Under the pieces are notes generated by a model. The model did no database searches, was not told where the DNA came from, and saw only the letters and a list, made by a program, of their open reading frames with translations. Made by a program: the position numbers and the translations under genes. Below are positions 9,242 through 19,106 of a DNA stretch of 64,000 bases, in pieces; position 1 is the first letter of the stretch; each line of letters starts with the position of its first letter. Source of the stretch: Spirochaetota bacterium (lineage in GTDB: Bacteria > Spirochaetota > UBA4802 > UBA5550); assembly GCA_050298055.1 (NCBI GenBank), contig JBNKTL010000017.1, positions 26,306 to 90,305 of the forward strand, written 5' to 3'.

Positions 9242-10891
9242 ATGGGCAATGAAACAAAGAAATTGATTGTTGAGGATGATAACGATTTGACCCTCAGGGA
9301 CATCCTTTCGCATATACCGGATGTTCTGTTCAGACTTGATCCCGGCGGGAAGTTCCTCGATGAAAAGGAGAGGGAAACAGCTAAAAATATCTGGTCACCG
9401 AAGGTGTCAGAAAAGGCAATGCCCTTCATCACCCGGGCCCTTGAAAGCGGAGACCGGCAGATCTACTCCTACAGTTTGAAAAAGAAAGACGGCAAAAAAT
9501 ACTATGAAGCCAGGATTATTAAAGCAAAGGCAGATCGTGTCCTGGTTGTTGCAAGAGATATCACTGATAAGAAAATCGCAGAGATTAAAATTGAAAAATA
9601 TAAGAAAAAGCTGGAGAGAATTATTGAAGAGAGTGACGGGGAACTGGATGTGACATCTGAATATCTCAAGATATTCAAACATGCCATTGACCAGAGTTCC
9701 AATAGTGTTGTTATTATTACCAGCGAGGGAATAGTTGATTATGTCAATAACAGGTTTAAAAATCTCACCGGGTATTCAACCGGGGATATAATCGGGGTTG
9801 ATGTAGGGAAAGAAGCAAACCCGGTCTTTCCCGAACCGGAATTGTGGGAACAGATCAAGTCTCTCGGACACTGGAAGGGAGAAATATATAATATTACCAG
9901 GGACGGCAGTTTTTTTTACGGTGATGCTGATGTTGTGCCCCTGGATGATGATGACGACAGGGTTTCCCATTATATCCTCCAGTTTGAAGATATCACGGCA
10001 AAAAAGAACGAGGAGAAGGAGATAGAAAATGTCAGGAAGGTCCTGGACAAAACCGATATACGGTCCATTGATATGGAGATGGACTGGCAGGACTGGAAAG
10101 AGAAAATTCTCAGCAGAAATATATCAAGAACTGACAAGTCGCTTTTCAGGAATATAAACAACAGTTTTACACAGGGTGCCGGTCTCGGCTCCCTCATCTC
10201 TCTCCTTGAGATGATGTCTTCAGGCGCGGAGAGGGACGGAGACAAGTACAGGATCAACGCATCGCTTTTTGATCTTATCATTGACAATGCCCGTATTGCC
10301 GAGGATGCATTCAAGATGTTCAGCAATCTTGACTGGATCATATCCAATGATTTCGAGCTTGAACCTCTCTCTGCCAGGGAACTTTACGATTTTATCAAGG
10401 TCGTTGTCAACAAAGCAAACGAGTTTACATCAATAAAAAGACATAAGATAATCACAAGTGAATTGGATGCCATTATGAAAAATATCATGATAGATATTAA
10501 TAAGGAGCATATGTACAAGGCAGTCTATGAAATCCTTATCAATGCCATGAAATTTTCAAAGCCCGATACGAATATAATTATTATTTTCCGCGCAGACAGC
10601 AGGAACCTCATCCTGAACTTTATCAATGATCCTGAGAAGGGTGAGGGGAATACCCCGGGCATACCCGTTGAATATGAAAAAGTTGTTTTCGAGCCCTTCT
10701 ACAGGCTGAGTAAGCTGGTCTTTGAACAATACAGGTCGCTGGATTTCGGTCTCGGGCTTACCCTGATAGAAAAGATCATCAGCAAACATGGGGGTGAGAT
10801 TTTCCTTGGCAACATCAGGGACCACACTGACCTGAAGCGCGAACCTCAGCAGAAAGTGAACCTCACAATTATACTGCCAGTCAGGAAATGA
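9242..10891 (+). CDS. PAS-domain sensor histidine kinase-like protein
   Basis: Two PAS/PAC regions; N box EILINAMKFS, F box VFEPFYR, G2 box FGLGLTL; no obvious H-box histidine. Confidence 0.85.
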   Translation: MGNETKKLIVEDDNDLTLRDILSHIPDVLFRLDPGGKFLDEKERETAKNIWSPKVSEKAMPFITRALESGDRQIYSYSLKKKDGKKYYEARIIKAKADRVLVVARDITDKKIAEIKIEKYKKKLERIIEESDGELDVTSEYLKIFKHAIDQSSNSVVIITSEGIVDYVNNRFKNLTGYSTGDIIGVDVGKEANPVFPEPELWEQIKSLGHWKGEIYNITRDGSFFYGDADVVPLDDDDDRVSHYILQFEDITAKKNEEKEIENVRKVLDKTDIRSIDMEMDWQDWKEKILSRNISRTDKSLFRNINNSFTQGAGLGSLISLLEMMSSGAERDGDKYRINASLFDLIIDNARIAEDAFKMFSNLDWIISNDFELEPLSARELYDFIKVVVNKANEFTSIKRHKIITSELDAIMKNIMIDINKEHMYKAVYEILINAMKFSKPDTNIIIIFRADSRNLILNFINDPEKGEGNTPGIPVEYEKVVFEPFYRLSKLVFEQYRSLDFGLGLTLIEKIISKHGGEIFLGNIRDHTDLKREPQQKVNLTIILPVRK

Positions 10892-11053
10892 TAAAATGAA
10901 AATATTTTCGGGGACACCTTCTTTCTCTCTTATCCCGGTGTTTTTTTATTTTTTTTAGTGAAATATTTTCTGGCTCTTTGTATATGTACACAGAGAGGTA
11001 AATCGGATCAGTTACTTAATATCAATGGATTTAACTTATACAAGGAGGATCAT

Positions 11054-11248
11054 ATGCCGTATATTAATGTTAAAGTTGCAGGGAGCCTGACCGTTGAACA
11101 GAGGAAAACAATAGCAGACAGGTTTTCCCATGTTCTTCATGAAGTGGCGGGTAAAAATCCCTCTTCAACATATATTGTCTTTGAAGAGGTTGCCCGGGAC
11201 AGCTGGGCGGTGGGAGGCAGGCTTTTGTCTGAAAAAGATGAGATATAA
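11054..11248 (+). CDS. 4-oxalocrotonate tautomerase family protein
   Basis: M-P-Y-I-N-V start (catalytic Pro1), C-terminal WAVGG; RBS AAGGAGG. Confidence 0.9.
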   Translation: MPYINVKVAGSLTVEQRKTIADRFSHVLHEVAGKNPSSTYIVFEEVARDSWAVGGRLLSEKDEI

Positions 11249-11255
11249 CAGGTAG

Positions 11256-11927
11256 ATGTTACTGAGATTATCTAAAATAGAAAAATCTTTCCGGCAGAAA
11301 GGAGGGAAGCGGAGGATCCTTAATGGATTGGACCTTGAAATTGACAGCGGCGAGATCGTTTCAATAACAGGAAAATCAGGATGCGGTAAAACAACGCTTC
11401 TGAATGTCATTGCCGGCCTTACCTCCCCGGACCGTGGCAGTGTCACCTTTCAGGATAAAAAGGTCTCCTATCTCTTTGATCACAGCCTTTCAAAGAGGCG
11501 AAACCTCCGGATGGGATTTATCTTCCAGACATTCAAGCTCCTTGATGAAGAATCGGTCCTTTCCAATGTTCTTCTCCCCGCAAGGATCAGGGGAAGTATC
11601 GGAAAATCAACAAGGGAGTATATTGACGATATCCTGTTCAGCCTCGACATTTATTCATACAGGAGAGAAAAGGTGGGTATCCTGTCGGGAGGTCAGAAAC
11701 AGAGAGTTGCCGTGGCGCGGGCCCTGGTGAACAGGCCCTCGCTTATCCTTGCCGATGAACCCACGGCCAACCTGGACAGGGAGACCTCAAAGGAGATCTT
11801 CGACATACTCTGTAAACTGAAAGAAGAAGGCAAGGCCCTGATTGTCATTACCCATAAGGATTATATGCTGAGCAGGTCGGACAGGGTCCATAACATGAAA
11901 AAGGGACAGTTGAAAGAGATATCATGA
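11256..11927 (+). CDS. ABC transporter ATP-binding protein (LolD/MacB type)
   Basis: GKSGCGKTT, LSGGQKQRVAVARAL, ILADEPTANLD. Confidence 0.95.
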   Translation: MLLRLSKIEKSFRQKGGKRRILNGLDLEIDSGEIVSITGKSGCGKTTLLNVIAGLTSPDRGSVTFQDKKVSYLFDHSLSKRRNLRMGFIFQTFKLLDEESVLSNVLLPARIRGSIGKSTREYIDDILFSLDIYSYRREKVGILSGGQKQRVAVARALVNRPSLILADEPTANLDRETSKEIFDILCKLKEEGKALIVITHKDYMLSRSDRVHNMKKGQLKEIS

Positions 11928-13186
11928 TACAGAAATCCTTTCTTCTCCTCGCTGAACTTTTTAAGAGCAGGTTCATCAGCCTGATCGTTCTCTTTTCAAT
12001 AATTGTTTCGGTAATTTCGGTGGCTCTTTTTACCGTTATCGGGAACAACTTCAACAGCTATATAAGGAACAGGTTTGTTTCATCAATTCCCCCCAATACC
12101 ATAAAGGTTCTTCCCAAACCTCCGGAGACAGTCCTCTTTTTCGGTACGGGGAGAAGAAAAGGCCCGGAACTGGATGAAAAGGCCCTGAGGAAAATCCGTT
12201 CCCTGAAGGGAGTAAAAAATGTCAATCCCGTGATGCTCACGCGGGTCCCCGTACAGGCACGGATATCCATGTTTGGTCTTACTTATAATACGGACATACT
12301 CTGCATTGGAGTTCCCTACAGGTTTATCTCCGGGGATTTTTCCAACGGGAAATACAGGAAGATGTGGAAATCCCATGACCCGGAAAAGAACATCCCCGTG
12401 CTCTTTCCCCGGATCCTGATCAATGCTTACAACAGGGGGATGGCGGAACCGAATATGCTCCCGAGGATATCGGAAAAGATGGTTTCGGGGATGAAGTTTA
12501 AGCTTCTTTTCGGATATTCCAGCCTGAGGAAAATGGATAACTATATCAAGGTCGATGCCACAGTCTCAGGTTTTACCGACAGGATCAATTCCCTTGCAAT
12601 GGTTGTTCCCCTCAAGGCGGCACTCTACTATAACAGGGTGCTTCATCCCGGGGGCAAAAGAGACATTTATCTCCATGCGTTTGTTGCTGTTGATGACCAT
12701 TCCGCCCTGCTGCGGGTCTCTTCCCTGGTCAAAAAGATGGGTTTTGTTGTTGAGGCGGAAAAGAAGCTTTCCCGGGAGATGCTTAAATTAAAGCGGAATG
12801 TCAACCTGGTCATAGACCTTCTCATGTACCTGATTGTCGCCCTTTCGGTCCTGACAATATCATTCTCTACCATGATTGCCACAATGAACAGGATCGCGTA
12901 CTACAGGATCCTGAGGATAGTGGGAGCTTCGAGGAATTTTATTTCACTCTCAATAATAACCAGGTATGTTGTGCTGGGGATAGGGGGGACATTCCTGGGA
13001 CTGCAGCTTCTTGAGTCCCTCTCAGGGGCGGTCACGGGAATGATAAACATTTCATTTATCAAAATTTCACTTCTCTTTACCGAAGATATCAAGGGCCGGT
13101 TATATCTTTACGGCGTCATGATCCCTCTCCTTTCCGCCCTCCCGGCAATTATCAGGCTGAACATCAAAGGGCTCAGCAGGGATTAA
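11924..13186 (+). CDS. ABC transporter permease (FtsX/MacB type)
   Basis: One N-terminal TM, a large extracytoplasmic loop, three C-terminal TMs, ILRIVGAS motif. Confidence 0.85.
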   Translation: MIQKSFLLLAELFKSRFISLIVLFSIIVSVISVALFTVIGNNFNSYIRNRFVSSIPPNTIKVLPKPPETVLFFGTGRRKGPELDEKALRKIRSLKGVKNVNPVMLTRVPVQARISMFGLTYNTDILCIGVPYRFISGDFSNGKYRKMWKSHDPEKNIPVLFPRILINAYNRGMAEPNMLPRISEKMVSGMKFKLLFGYSSLRKMDNYIKVDATVSGFTDRINSLAMVVPLKAALYYNRVLHPGGKRDIYLHAFVAVDDHSALLRVSSLVKKMGFVVEAEKKLSREMLKLKRNVNLVIDLLMYLIVALSVLTISFSTMIATMNRIAYYRILRIVGASRNFISLSIITRYVVLGIGGTFLGLQLLESLSGAVTGMINISFIKISLLFTEDIKGRLYLYGVMIPLLSALPAIIRLNIKGLSRD

Positions 13187-13286
13187 AAAATATCTTGAAA
13201 AACCACCGGGCTTATAATACTTTTTAATTAGGAATCATTTTCAATTATACCTTTTGCCGGGTAAACAATACCAAGAAGGATTTATC

Positions 13287-14585
13287 ATGTCAGAATTTAT
13301 TGCGAGGTTTTTCAAGCTTGACGAGAGAAGGAGTGATATCAGGACAGAAGTTATTGCCGGTATCGCCACATTCCTGACAATGATGTACATCGTGCCCCTG
13401 AATGGAATCATCATGTCCAACGGGGGGATGCCCATTGAGGCGGTCATCACGGCCACGGCCCTTATCACAATAATTGCCACAATTGCAAACGGGATCTACT
13501 CCAATACGCCTATCGCGATGTCTGTGGGGCTGGGCCTCAACAGCTACTTCACGTTTTCCCTTGTCCTGGGTGAGAAACTTCCCTGGCAGACGGTACTGGG
13601 CATCGTTTTTCTCTCCGGCTTCTTCTTCCTTGTTCTCACGGTTACGAAGGTCCGAAAGCTGATCATTGAATCCATAACCTCGGATTTTAAGATAGCCGTA
13701 TCCTCGGGGATCGGTGTCTTTATCGCCTTTATCGGTCTCAAGGAGATGGGCCTTGTGGCGTCCCACCCGGTGACATTTGTTACACTGGGAAATCTCGGTG
13801 ACAAAAATGTTCTCCTGGGGATTGCCGGTATCTTTATCACAACCAGTCTTGTTGTCTGGAGAGTGAAGGGGGCCTTTATCTTCGGGATACTTTTAACAAG
13901 TGTTATTGGTTATATTATTTGTGCGGGTAAAGTCCCCGGGGGGATTATTTCACTTCCCGCGTCCATATCACCCATATTCCTGGAGCTGGACATTCAAAGC
14001 GCCCTGAAGATATCACTTCTGGGTCCCATCATAACGTTCATGCTCACGGACCTCTTTGACAGTCTCGGGACCCTGGCGGGCGTGGGATACAGGGCGGGGA
14101 TCTTCAGCGAGAAGAATTCGGGACCTATCCAGAAAACCCTGGAGGTGGACGCAGCGGCCACTGTTCTGGGATCGGTTCTGGGCCTCTCCACTACAACCAG
14201 TTTTATTGAAAGTGCCGCGGGAGTTGAGGAGGGGGGGCGGACCGGTCTTACATCGGTGGTGACCGGGCTTCTCTTTATCTGCACTCTCTTTATGCTTCCG
14301 CTCTTTAAGAGTATCCCGGCCAATGCCATATACCCGGTCCTTGTGATTATCGGGGTGATGATGTTTGCCGATTTAAAAAACATCGACTTCAGCGACCTGG
14401 AGACCGGGATCCCCGCTTTCCTGATTATCATCATGATGCCTTTGAGCTTTTCAATTACCAAAGGCCTGGCGGCGGGATTTATCTCCTTTGTTTTTATCAA
14501 GCTGGTAAGGGGAAAATTTTCCGAACTTAACCCGGTCATGGTTATACTGGGCATTGTATCCCTTTTTGCCTTTATTATCAAATAG
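13287..14585 (+). CDS. NCS2/AzgA family purine permease
   Basis: TEVIAGIATFLTM, GLGLNSYF, IESAAGVEEGGRTGLT. Confidence 0.93.
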   Translation: MSEFIARFFKLDERRSDIRTEVIAGIATFLTMMYIVPLNGIIMSNGGMPIEAVITATALITIIATIANGIYSNTPIAMSVGLGLNSYFTFSLVLGEKLPWQTVLGIVFLSGFFFLVLTVTKVRKLIIESITSDFKIAVSSGIGVFIAFIGLKEMGLVASHPVTFVTLGNLGDKNVLLGIAGIFITTSLVVWRVKGAFIFGILLTSVIGYIICAGKVPGGIISLPASISPIFLELDIQSALKISLLGPIITFMLTDLFDSLGTLAGVGYRAGIFSEKNSGPIQKTLEVDAAATVLGSVLGLSTTTSFIESAAGVEEGGRTGLTSVVTGLLFICTLFMLPLFKSIPANAIYPVLVIIGVMMFADLKNIDFSDLETGIPAFLIIIMMPLSFSITKGLAAGFISFVFIKLVRGKFSELNPVMVILGIVSLFAFIIK

Positions 14586-14594
14586 GCCCTGCTC

Positions 14595-15026
14595 ATGACT
14601 GATGAAAACTTTCTTATTGACTACAGCAGGTTCACGGATATATGCTATGCCCTTCTTGATAATCTGAAAAAAAGAGGGAAAGAATATGAAGGCATACTCT
14701 GTCCCTTAAGGGGGGGCTTCTATCTTTCAAACTTTATGAGCAGGCACCTTGATCTCCCCGTTGAGTACATAATGATCTCTTCATACACCGGGAAAACCCG
14801 GCATGAATTTTCCATCCCCTACAGGGCCCGGATAAAAAACGGAAATTTTCTTCTCTGTGATGATGTCTATGACTCGGGAAGGACAATTGAGAAGATCTAT
14901 ACACTCTATCCTCACGTTGAATTTGAGACAGTATGCGTGGCGTCCAAGGTTGAAAAAGCGGATATACTCTACGGATGTCTTGTGGACAAAAACAGGTGGA
15001 TAGACTTTTTCTGGGAGATCATGTAG
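14595..15026 (+). CDS. Purine phosphoribosyltransferase (type I PRTase)
   Basis: PRPP-binding motif LLCDDVYDSGRT; RGG loop; C-terminal WIDFFWE; follows the purine permease. Confidence 0.85.
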   Translation: MTDENFLIDYSRFTDICYALLDNLKKRGKEYEGILCPLRGGFYLSNFMSRHLDLPVEYIMISSYTGKTRHEFSIPYRARIKNGNFLLCDDVYDSGRTIEKIYTLYPHVEFETVCVASKVEKADILYGCLVDKNRWIDFFWEIM

Positions 15027-15046
15027 AAGAGCATCAATATTCTAAA

Positions 15047-15219
15047 CTGTCATAGCGAGCGCATCTCATCATGAGGAACGCAGTGACGTAATGATCTGTT
15101 CCCCTCGATACAATTTGCCGCACTTTGAAAAGTATACAGTGCTGTGGCAGGAAAGCGGCAAATCACTCGGGGAACATTACAGATGCTCATCGAGTAGGTC
15201 GCAGGCCGTATCGAGATGC
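15047..15219. repeat. Composite palindromic (REP-like) intergenic element
   Basis: GTTCCCC..GA..ATTTGCCGC...GCGGCAAATCACTCGGGGAAC stem, GCATCTC...GAGATGC outer arms and a CTCGATAC/GTATCGAG pair. Confidence 0.5.
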
Positions 15220-15312
15220 TTTTTATTCCTTGACGAGATCAGAAAGACTTAATGTATTATTAAGTTGAGAAATTAAAAACTTACTGATACGAAAAACCTT
15301 AAGGAGCTATAC

Positions 15313-16377
15313 ATGAAAGAAAAAGTCTACTTTATGAAAATTTCAGAAAACGAAGATGATAAATCAATAATAAAAAGGCTGGAAAACCTTTTAGAATCCA
15401 GAGAGCTTCTTTCTGTTGTTGATGAATTTGACATGGTTGCCGTGAAAAGCCACTTTGGCGAGTCACAAAAATCAGGTTATGTGAGACCCGCTTATTTAAA
15501 AATGATAGGGGACCTGATAAAGAAGAGAAAGGGGCAGCCTTTCCTTACCGAGACATCAACTCTTTATAAAGGAAATCGGAGCAATGCCGTAAGCCATGCC
15601 CATCACCTGGAAAACCAGGGTTTCGGGATGGCCAAAACCGGTATGCCCTTTATCCCCGCGGACGGCCTCTACGGGGACGAAGAGTGTGAAATAGAGATCC
15701 CGGGTAAGATCTATTCCAGCATAAAGATCAGCTCACTTCTTGAGAAGATCCAGTCCCTGGTGGTTGTATCTCATTTTACCGGTCACATGCTGGCAGGTTT
15801 CGGAGCAGCTTTGAAGAACCTGGGAATGGGGCTTTCCAGCAGAAAAGGGAAAATGATACAGCATTCAACCATGAAACCGAAGGTCAAAGAAAAACTCTGC
15901 ACCGGGTGTGAAATGTGTGTTAAATGGTGTCCCACGGGGGCCGTGTCAATGGGTGAAGAAACCGCTTCCATCAACCAGGAGGCATGTATTGGATGCGGCC
16001 AGTGCCTGGCAGTCTGCAGGTTTTACGCCGTTGAGTTTAACTGGGGCGCCACATATGAAGATATTCAGAAGAAGGTTGTAGAGCATGCCTGGGGCGCCCA
16101 TAAGGCCAATGAAGGGAAAAACCTCTACATAAATTTTCTCAACAGGATCTCCAAGGACTGTGACTGTATGCCTCAATACGAGCAGATTGCCCCGGATGTG
16201 GGGATCGTCATCTCCTGTGACCCTGTTGCCGCTGATGCCGCGTCACTGGACCTGGTGGAGGAGAAAGCGGGAAAAGAGTTCAACAACCTGGGGCATGATA
16301 TTCCCTACCGCTTTCAGATCGAATATGCCCGGGAGGTCGGTTTCGGGAGTCCCGATTATGAAATTGAAGAGGTGTAG
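15313..16377 (+). CDS. DUF362 domain protein with 2x[4Fe-4S] ferredoxin insert
   Basis: VKSHFGE, SHFTGH, GAALKNLGMG, two CxxCxxCxxxC motifs, DCDC. Confidence 0.9.
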   Translation: MKEKVYFMKISENEDDKSIIKRLENLLESRELLSVVDEFDMVAVKSHFGESQKSGYVRPAYLKMIGDLIKKRKGQPFLTETSTLYKGNRSNAVSHAHHLENQGFGMAKTGMPFIPADGLYGDEECEIEIPGKIYSSIKISSLLEKIQSLVVVSHFTGHMLAGFGAALKNLGMGLSSRKGKMIQHSTMKPKVKEKLCTGCEMCVKWCPTGAVSMGEETASINQEACIGCGQCLAVCRFYAVEFNWGATYEDIQKKVVEHAWGAHKANEGKNLYINFLNRISKDCDCMPQYEQIAPDVGIVISCDPVAADAASLDLVEEKAGKEFNNLGHDIPYRFQIEYAREVGFGSPDYEIEEV

Positions 16378-16469
16378 GTCACGTGTATGCGGGGTCACAT
16401 GTATACGAAATCACGTGTATGCAGGCGGGGTCACGTGACCCCGCCTGCATACACGTGACCCCGCCTACA
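16372..16469. repeat. GTAG...CTAC REP-like cluster containing a perfect 48-bp palindrome (16411-16458)
   Basis: TCACGTGTATGCAGGCGGGGTCAC|GTGACCCCGCCTGCATACACGTGA is self-complementary; partial copies lie on both sides. Confidence 0.8.
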
Positions 16470-17505
16470 TCCCGATATCCGCGAAGGTTCCCATCTCCTT
16501 CATGATCTTTGTTGCCGCGTCAATGATATGAAACGCAAGGGCGCAGCCTGTTCCTTCACCCAGCCTCATATCCATGTTCAGCATGGGATCGAGCTGAAGG
16601 ATCTCCCTGATGGCCCCGGCACCCGGCTCAGCGCTTGAATGGGACGCCAGCATATACCCCGTGGCCTCGGGCTTGATCTTTGCCGCCACCACTGCGGCTG
16701 TTCCCGATATAAACCCGTCAACCACTACCGGGATTTTTTTTGACGCGGCCGCAAGGTAGACACCCACAAGTCCCGCAATGTCAAAGCCCCCCACCTTCGC
16801 GAGAACATCAATGGGATCACCGGGATCGGGAGTGTTTATCTCCACGGCTTTTTTGATGATCATCTTCTTGTTCTCAAGACCTTCATCATCGAGACCGGCG
16901 CCCCTTCCCACAAGGCTGTCCAGGCTGTCCCCGGTCAGTGCATGGAGAATAGCGCTGCTGGTTGTGGTATTGCCTATGCCCACTTCCCCGGTACCCAGGA
17001 TATCACTGCCTTCTTCAATTGCTTCACGGGCAATTTCAATCCCGATCTCTATGGCCTTTACGGCCTCGTCTCTTGTCATGGCCGGTCCCTTTGAGATGTT
17101 TCCTGTCCCTTTTCGGATCTTTCTCCGGATAATGCCTTCAGGTTCCGTATCGATGTCCAGTCCCATATCCACGATCCTGAGATCTGCTCCCGCGTGCCGG
17201 GAGAGGACCGCAACACCTGCAATGCCTTTTGCCATGCAATCGGCCACCAGGAAGCTGACATCCTTGGGAAATGAACTGACATTTTCCTCAACAACACCGT
17301 TGTCAGCGCACATGGCAATGATTGTTTTTTTCTCAAATGTATTCTGGAGCTCTCCGGTCATGCCCGATATTTTTTTTACGATACTCTCCAGTTTGCCCAG
17401 GCTTCCGGGAGGCTTGAGAAGATTGTCAAGCCTCTCCTGCGCCTTCTCCATTACTTCGGCATTGAGCCCGGCTATTGAATCAATTGTCTCGGTCAGAATT
17501 TTCAT
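16465..17505 (-). CDS. cobT: Nicotinate-nucleotide--dimethylbenzimidazole phosphoribosyltransferase
   Basis: KPPGSLGKLE, GEVGIGNTT, MRLGEGTG. Confidence 0.96.
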   Translation of the reverse strand: MKILTETIDSIAGLNAEVMEKAQERLDNLLKPPGSLGKLESIVKKISGMTGELQNTFEKKTIIAMCADNGVVEENVSSFPKDVSFLVADCMAKGIAGVAVLSRHAGADLRIVDMGLDIDTEPEGIIRRKIRKGTGNISKGPAMTRDEAVKAIEIGIEIAREAIEEGSDILGTGEVGIGNTTTSSAILHALTGDSLDSLVGRGAGLDDEGLENKKMIIKKAVEINTPDPGDPIDVLAKVGGFDIAGLVGVYLAAASKKIPVVVDGFISGTAAVVAAKIKPEATGYMLASHSSAEPGAGAIREILQLDPMLNMDMRLGEGTGCALAFHIIDAATKIMKEMGTFADIGM

Positions 17506-17530
17506 ATGTACTCCTTTTCTATAAAATAAT

Positions 17531-17573
17531 ACTGATATCTCCCCGCCGCCGAAGGCGGCGGGGAGATATCAGT
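17531..17573. repeat. Perfect 20-bp-stem hairpin, the core of the MITE-like family; possible mRNA stabiliser or attenuator between cobC and cobT
   Basis: ACTGATATCTCCCCGCCGCC-GAA-GGCGGCGGGGAGATATCAGT. Confidence 0.8.
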
Positions 17574-17578
17574 TACAC

Positions 17579-18175
17579 TTATTTCTCATTTAACGATTTT
17601 ATAATGATATACTCATTGCTGAAGCAGATCCTGCATATTGTGCCGTTGTCCACCTGGAAGTGCCACGACTTGTCCAGTGAATCCATCAGGTAATGGCCGA
17701 TAATGGTCCTGATACAGCCCCCGTGGGTTACCACCGCCTTTTTCCCGCTGCTCTTCTTTATTCTCTCAATTTCAGATATTACGTTTCTGCTCATGTCCCG
17801 GAAACTTTCACCGCCGGGTACGGGCCGGTTGATCCAGTCATCTCTCCAGCTGGCAAATTCATCCCTGCCTGAAGCCAGGACCTCTTTCCACATCTTGCCT
17901 TCCCACTCCCCGAAATTCATCTCTCTCAGGTTCTTTGAGAATTCAATCTCTTGTTCGAAGTTGATGATCTCTGCTGTCTCCCTGCACCTTTTCAGGTCGC
18001 TGCAGTAAACCTCATGGATCTCTTCACCTGCGAGGACCTCTTTCAGCCTCCCTGCCTGCTTTCTCCCGGTTTCGTTGATCCCTATGTCTGTATGACCCAG
18101 GAACCTGTTGTCCCTGTTGTAATCAGTTTCACCGTGCCGGATCAGTATCAGCTCCGTTGTTTTTTCCTGTTTCAT
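17579..18175 (-). CDS. cobC: Alpha-ribazole phosphatase (histidine phosphatase family)
   Basis: RHGET, LREMNFGEWEG, VTHGG; located within the cob cluster. Confidence 0.88.
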   Translation of the reverse strand: MKQEKTTELILIRHGETDYNRDNRFLGHTDIGINETGRKQAGRLKEVLAGEEIHEVYCSDLKRCRETAEIINFEQEIEFSKNLREMNFGEWEGKMWKEVLASGRDEFASWRDDWINRPVPGGESFRDMSRNVISEIERIKKSSGKKAVVTHGGCIRTIIGHYLMDSLDKSWHFQVDNGTICRICFSNEYIIIKSLNEK

Positions 18176-18199
18176 TTTTATTTTTCTAATACCTGAACT

Positions 18200-18288
18200 T
18201 CCCCCTTAAAAGTTCCCCCTAACCCCCTCAGGGGGCACAAGAGGTTTTTGGGTTAATATCTTTCGCCCCCTCTGGGGGATGGGGGGCC
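18200..18288. repeat. REP-like palindrome
   Basis: CCCCCTAACCCCCTCAGGGGGC...GCCCCCTCTGGGGGATGGGGGG inverted arrangement. Confidence 0.5.
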
Positions 18289-18350
18289 GTTGGTGCGCAA
18301 CCTGTGATCCTGCAATTCACAATGAACCGGTCTCTGTGGCAAATCATTTT

Positions 18351-19106
18351 TTAATAAAAACCGAAGATCCTTTGAGAAAAGAGCATTGACGCGAGAAAAA
18401 CCACCTCGGAGAGTTCAATGACAGCGCCCAGGATGTCTCCCGTTATGCCGCCGATTTTCCCCGATGCGTACCGCGTGAACAGAACCGCAAAGAGCGCCGG
18501 AAAGCTTATTGCCGGCAGGGCATTCATTCCCAGGAGAAGGTATCCCGGTGCAGCGGTTATGAGTACGGCGGCGGCTATCTCCCTGTACCCCGTATGGTCA
18601 ATGGTTGATTTACCCATGCCGCTCTTCCGGGCGTATGATGATGTCCCGGCACTCCAGAGAATGTTCATCCGGGAGACAGCGGGCATCATGATTATTGTAA
18701 AGATAATGTTATCGCCTTTTAAGGAAATCATAAGCGCGATCTTCAGGATGATCAACAGGACAAGGCCCAGGGCGCCGTTGGTCCCCAGCCGCGGGTCTTT
18801 CATGATCTCAAGGATCTCTTTCCCGGTCCTGTTGCTGAAGAGGCCGTCACATGTATCGGCCAGTCCGTCAAAGTGAAGTCCCCCCGTGACAATGATCTCA
18901 ACCACTATGACAAGAACAATACCCGTATAAAAGAGATCCGTGTTAAGAAAGGGAAGAAAGACCAGTGCGGATACCAGGCCGATGATCAGTCCCACCAGGG
19001 GAGAAAGGACCATGCTTCTGGCAAAGAGGTCCTCGTCAAACTCCGGGTTTACCGGGAGGGGGATCCTGGTAAGGAAGCGAATCTGTAAAAAGAACCCTTT
19101 GAACAT
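18351..19106 (-). CDS. cobS: Adenosylcobinamide-GDP ribazoletransferase
   Basis: FLTRIP, TGGLHFDGLADTCDG, IMKDPRLG, GGITGDILGA. Confidence 0.96.
   Translation of the reverse strand: MFKGFFLQIRFLTRIPLPVNPEFDEDLFARSMVLSPLVGLIIGLVSALVFLPFLNTDLFYTGIVLVIVVEIIVTGGLHFDGLADTCDGLFSNRTGKEILEIMKDPRLGTNGALGLVLLIILKIALMISLKGDNIIFTIIMMPAVSRMNILWSAGTSSYARKSGMGKSTIDHTGYREIAAAVLITAAPGYLLLGMNALPAISFPALFAVLFTRYASGKIGGITGDILGAVIELSEVVFLASMLFSQRIFGFY

Noticed and set aside
9170..9245. Purine riboswitch-like words (CTCATAT...TCTACCGGG)
   Set aside because: Stem pairing and spacing do not fit, and the downstream gene is a kinase; nothing similar precedes the purine permease
16372..16469. Possible mini-CRISPR array
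   Set aside because: The repeats are overlapping palindromic fragments without unique spacers, and there are no cas genes
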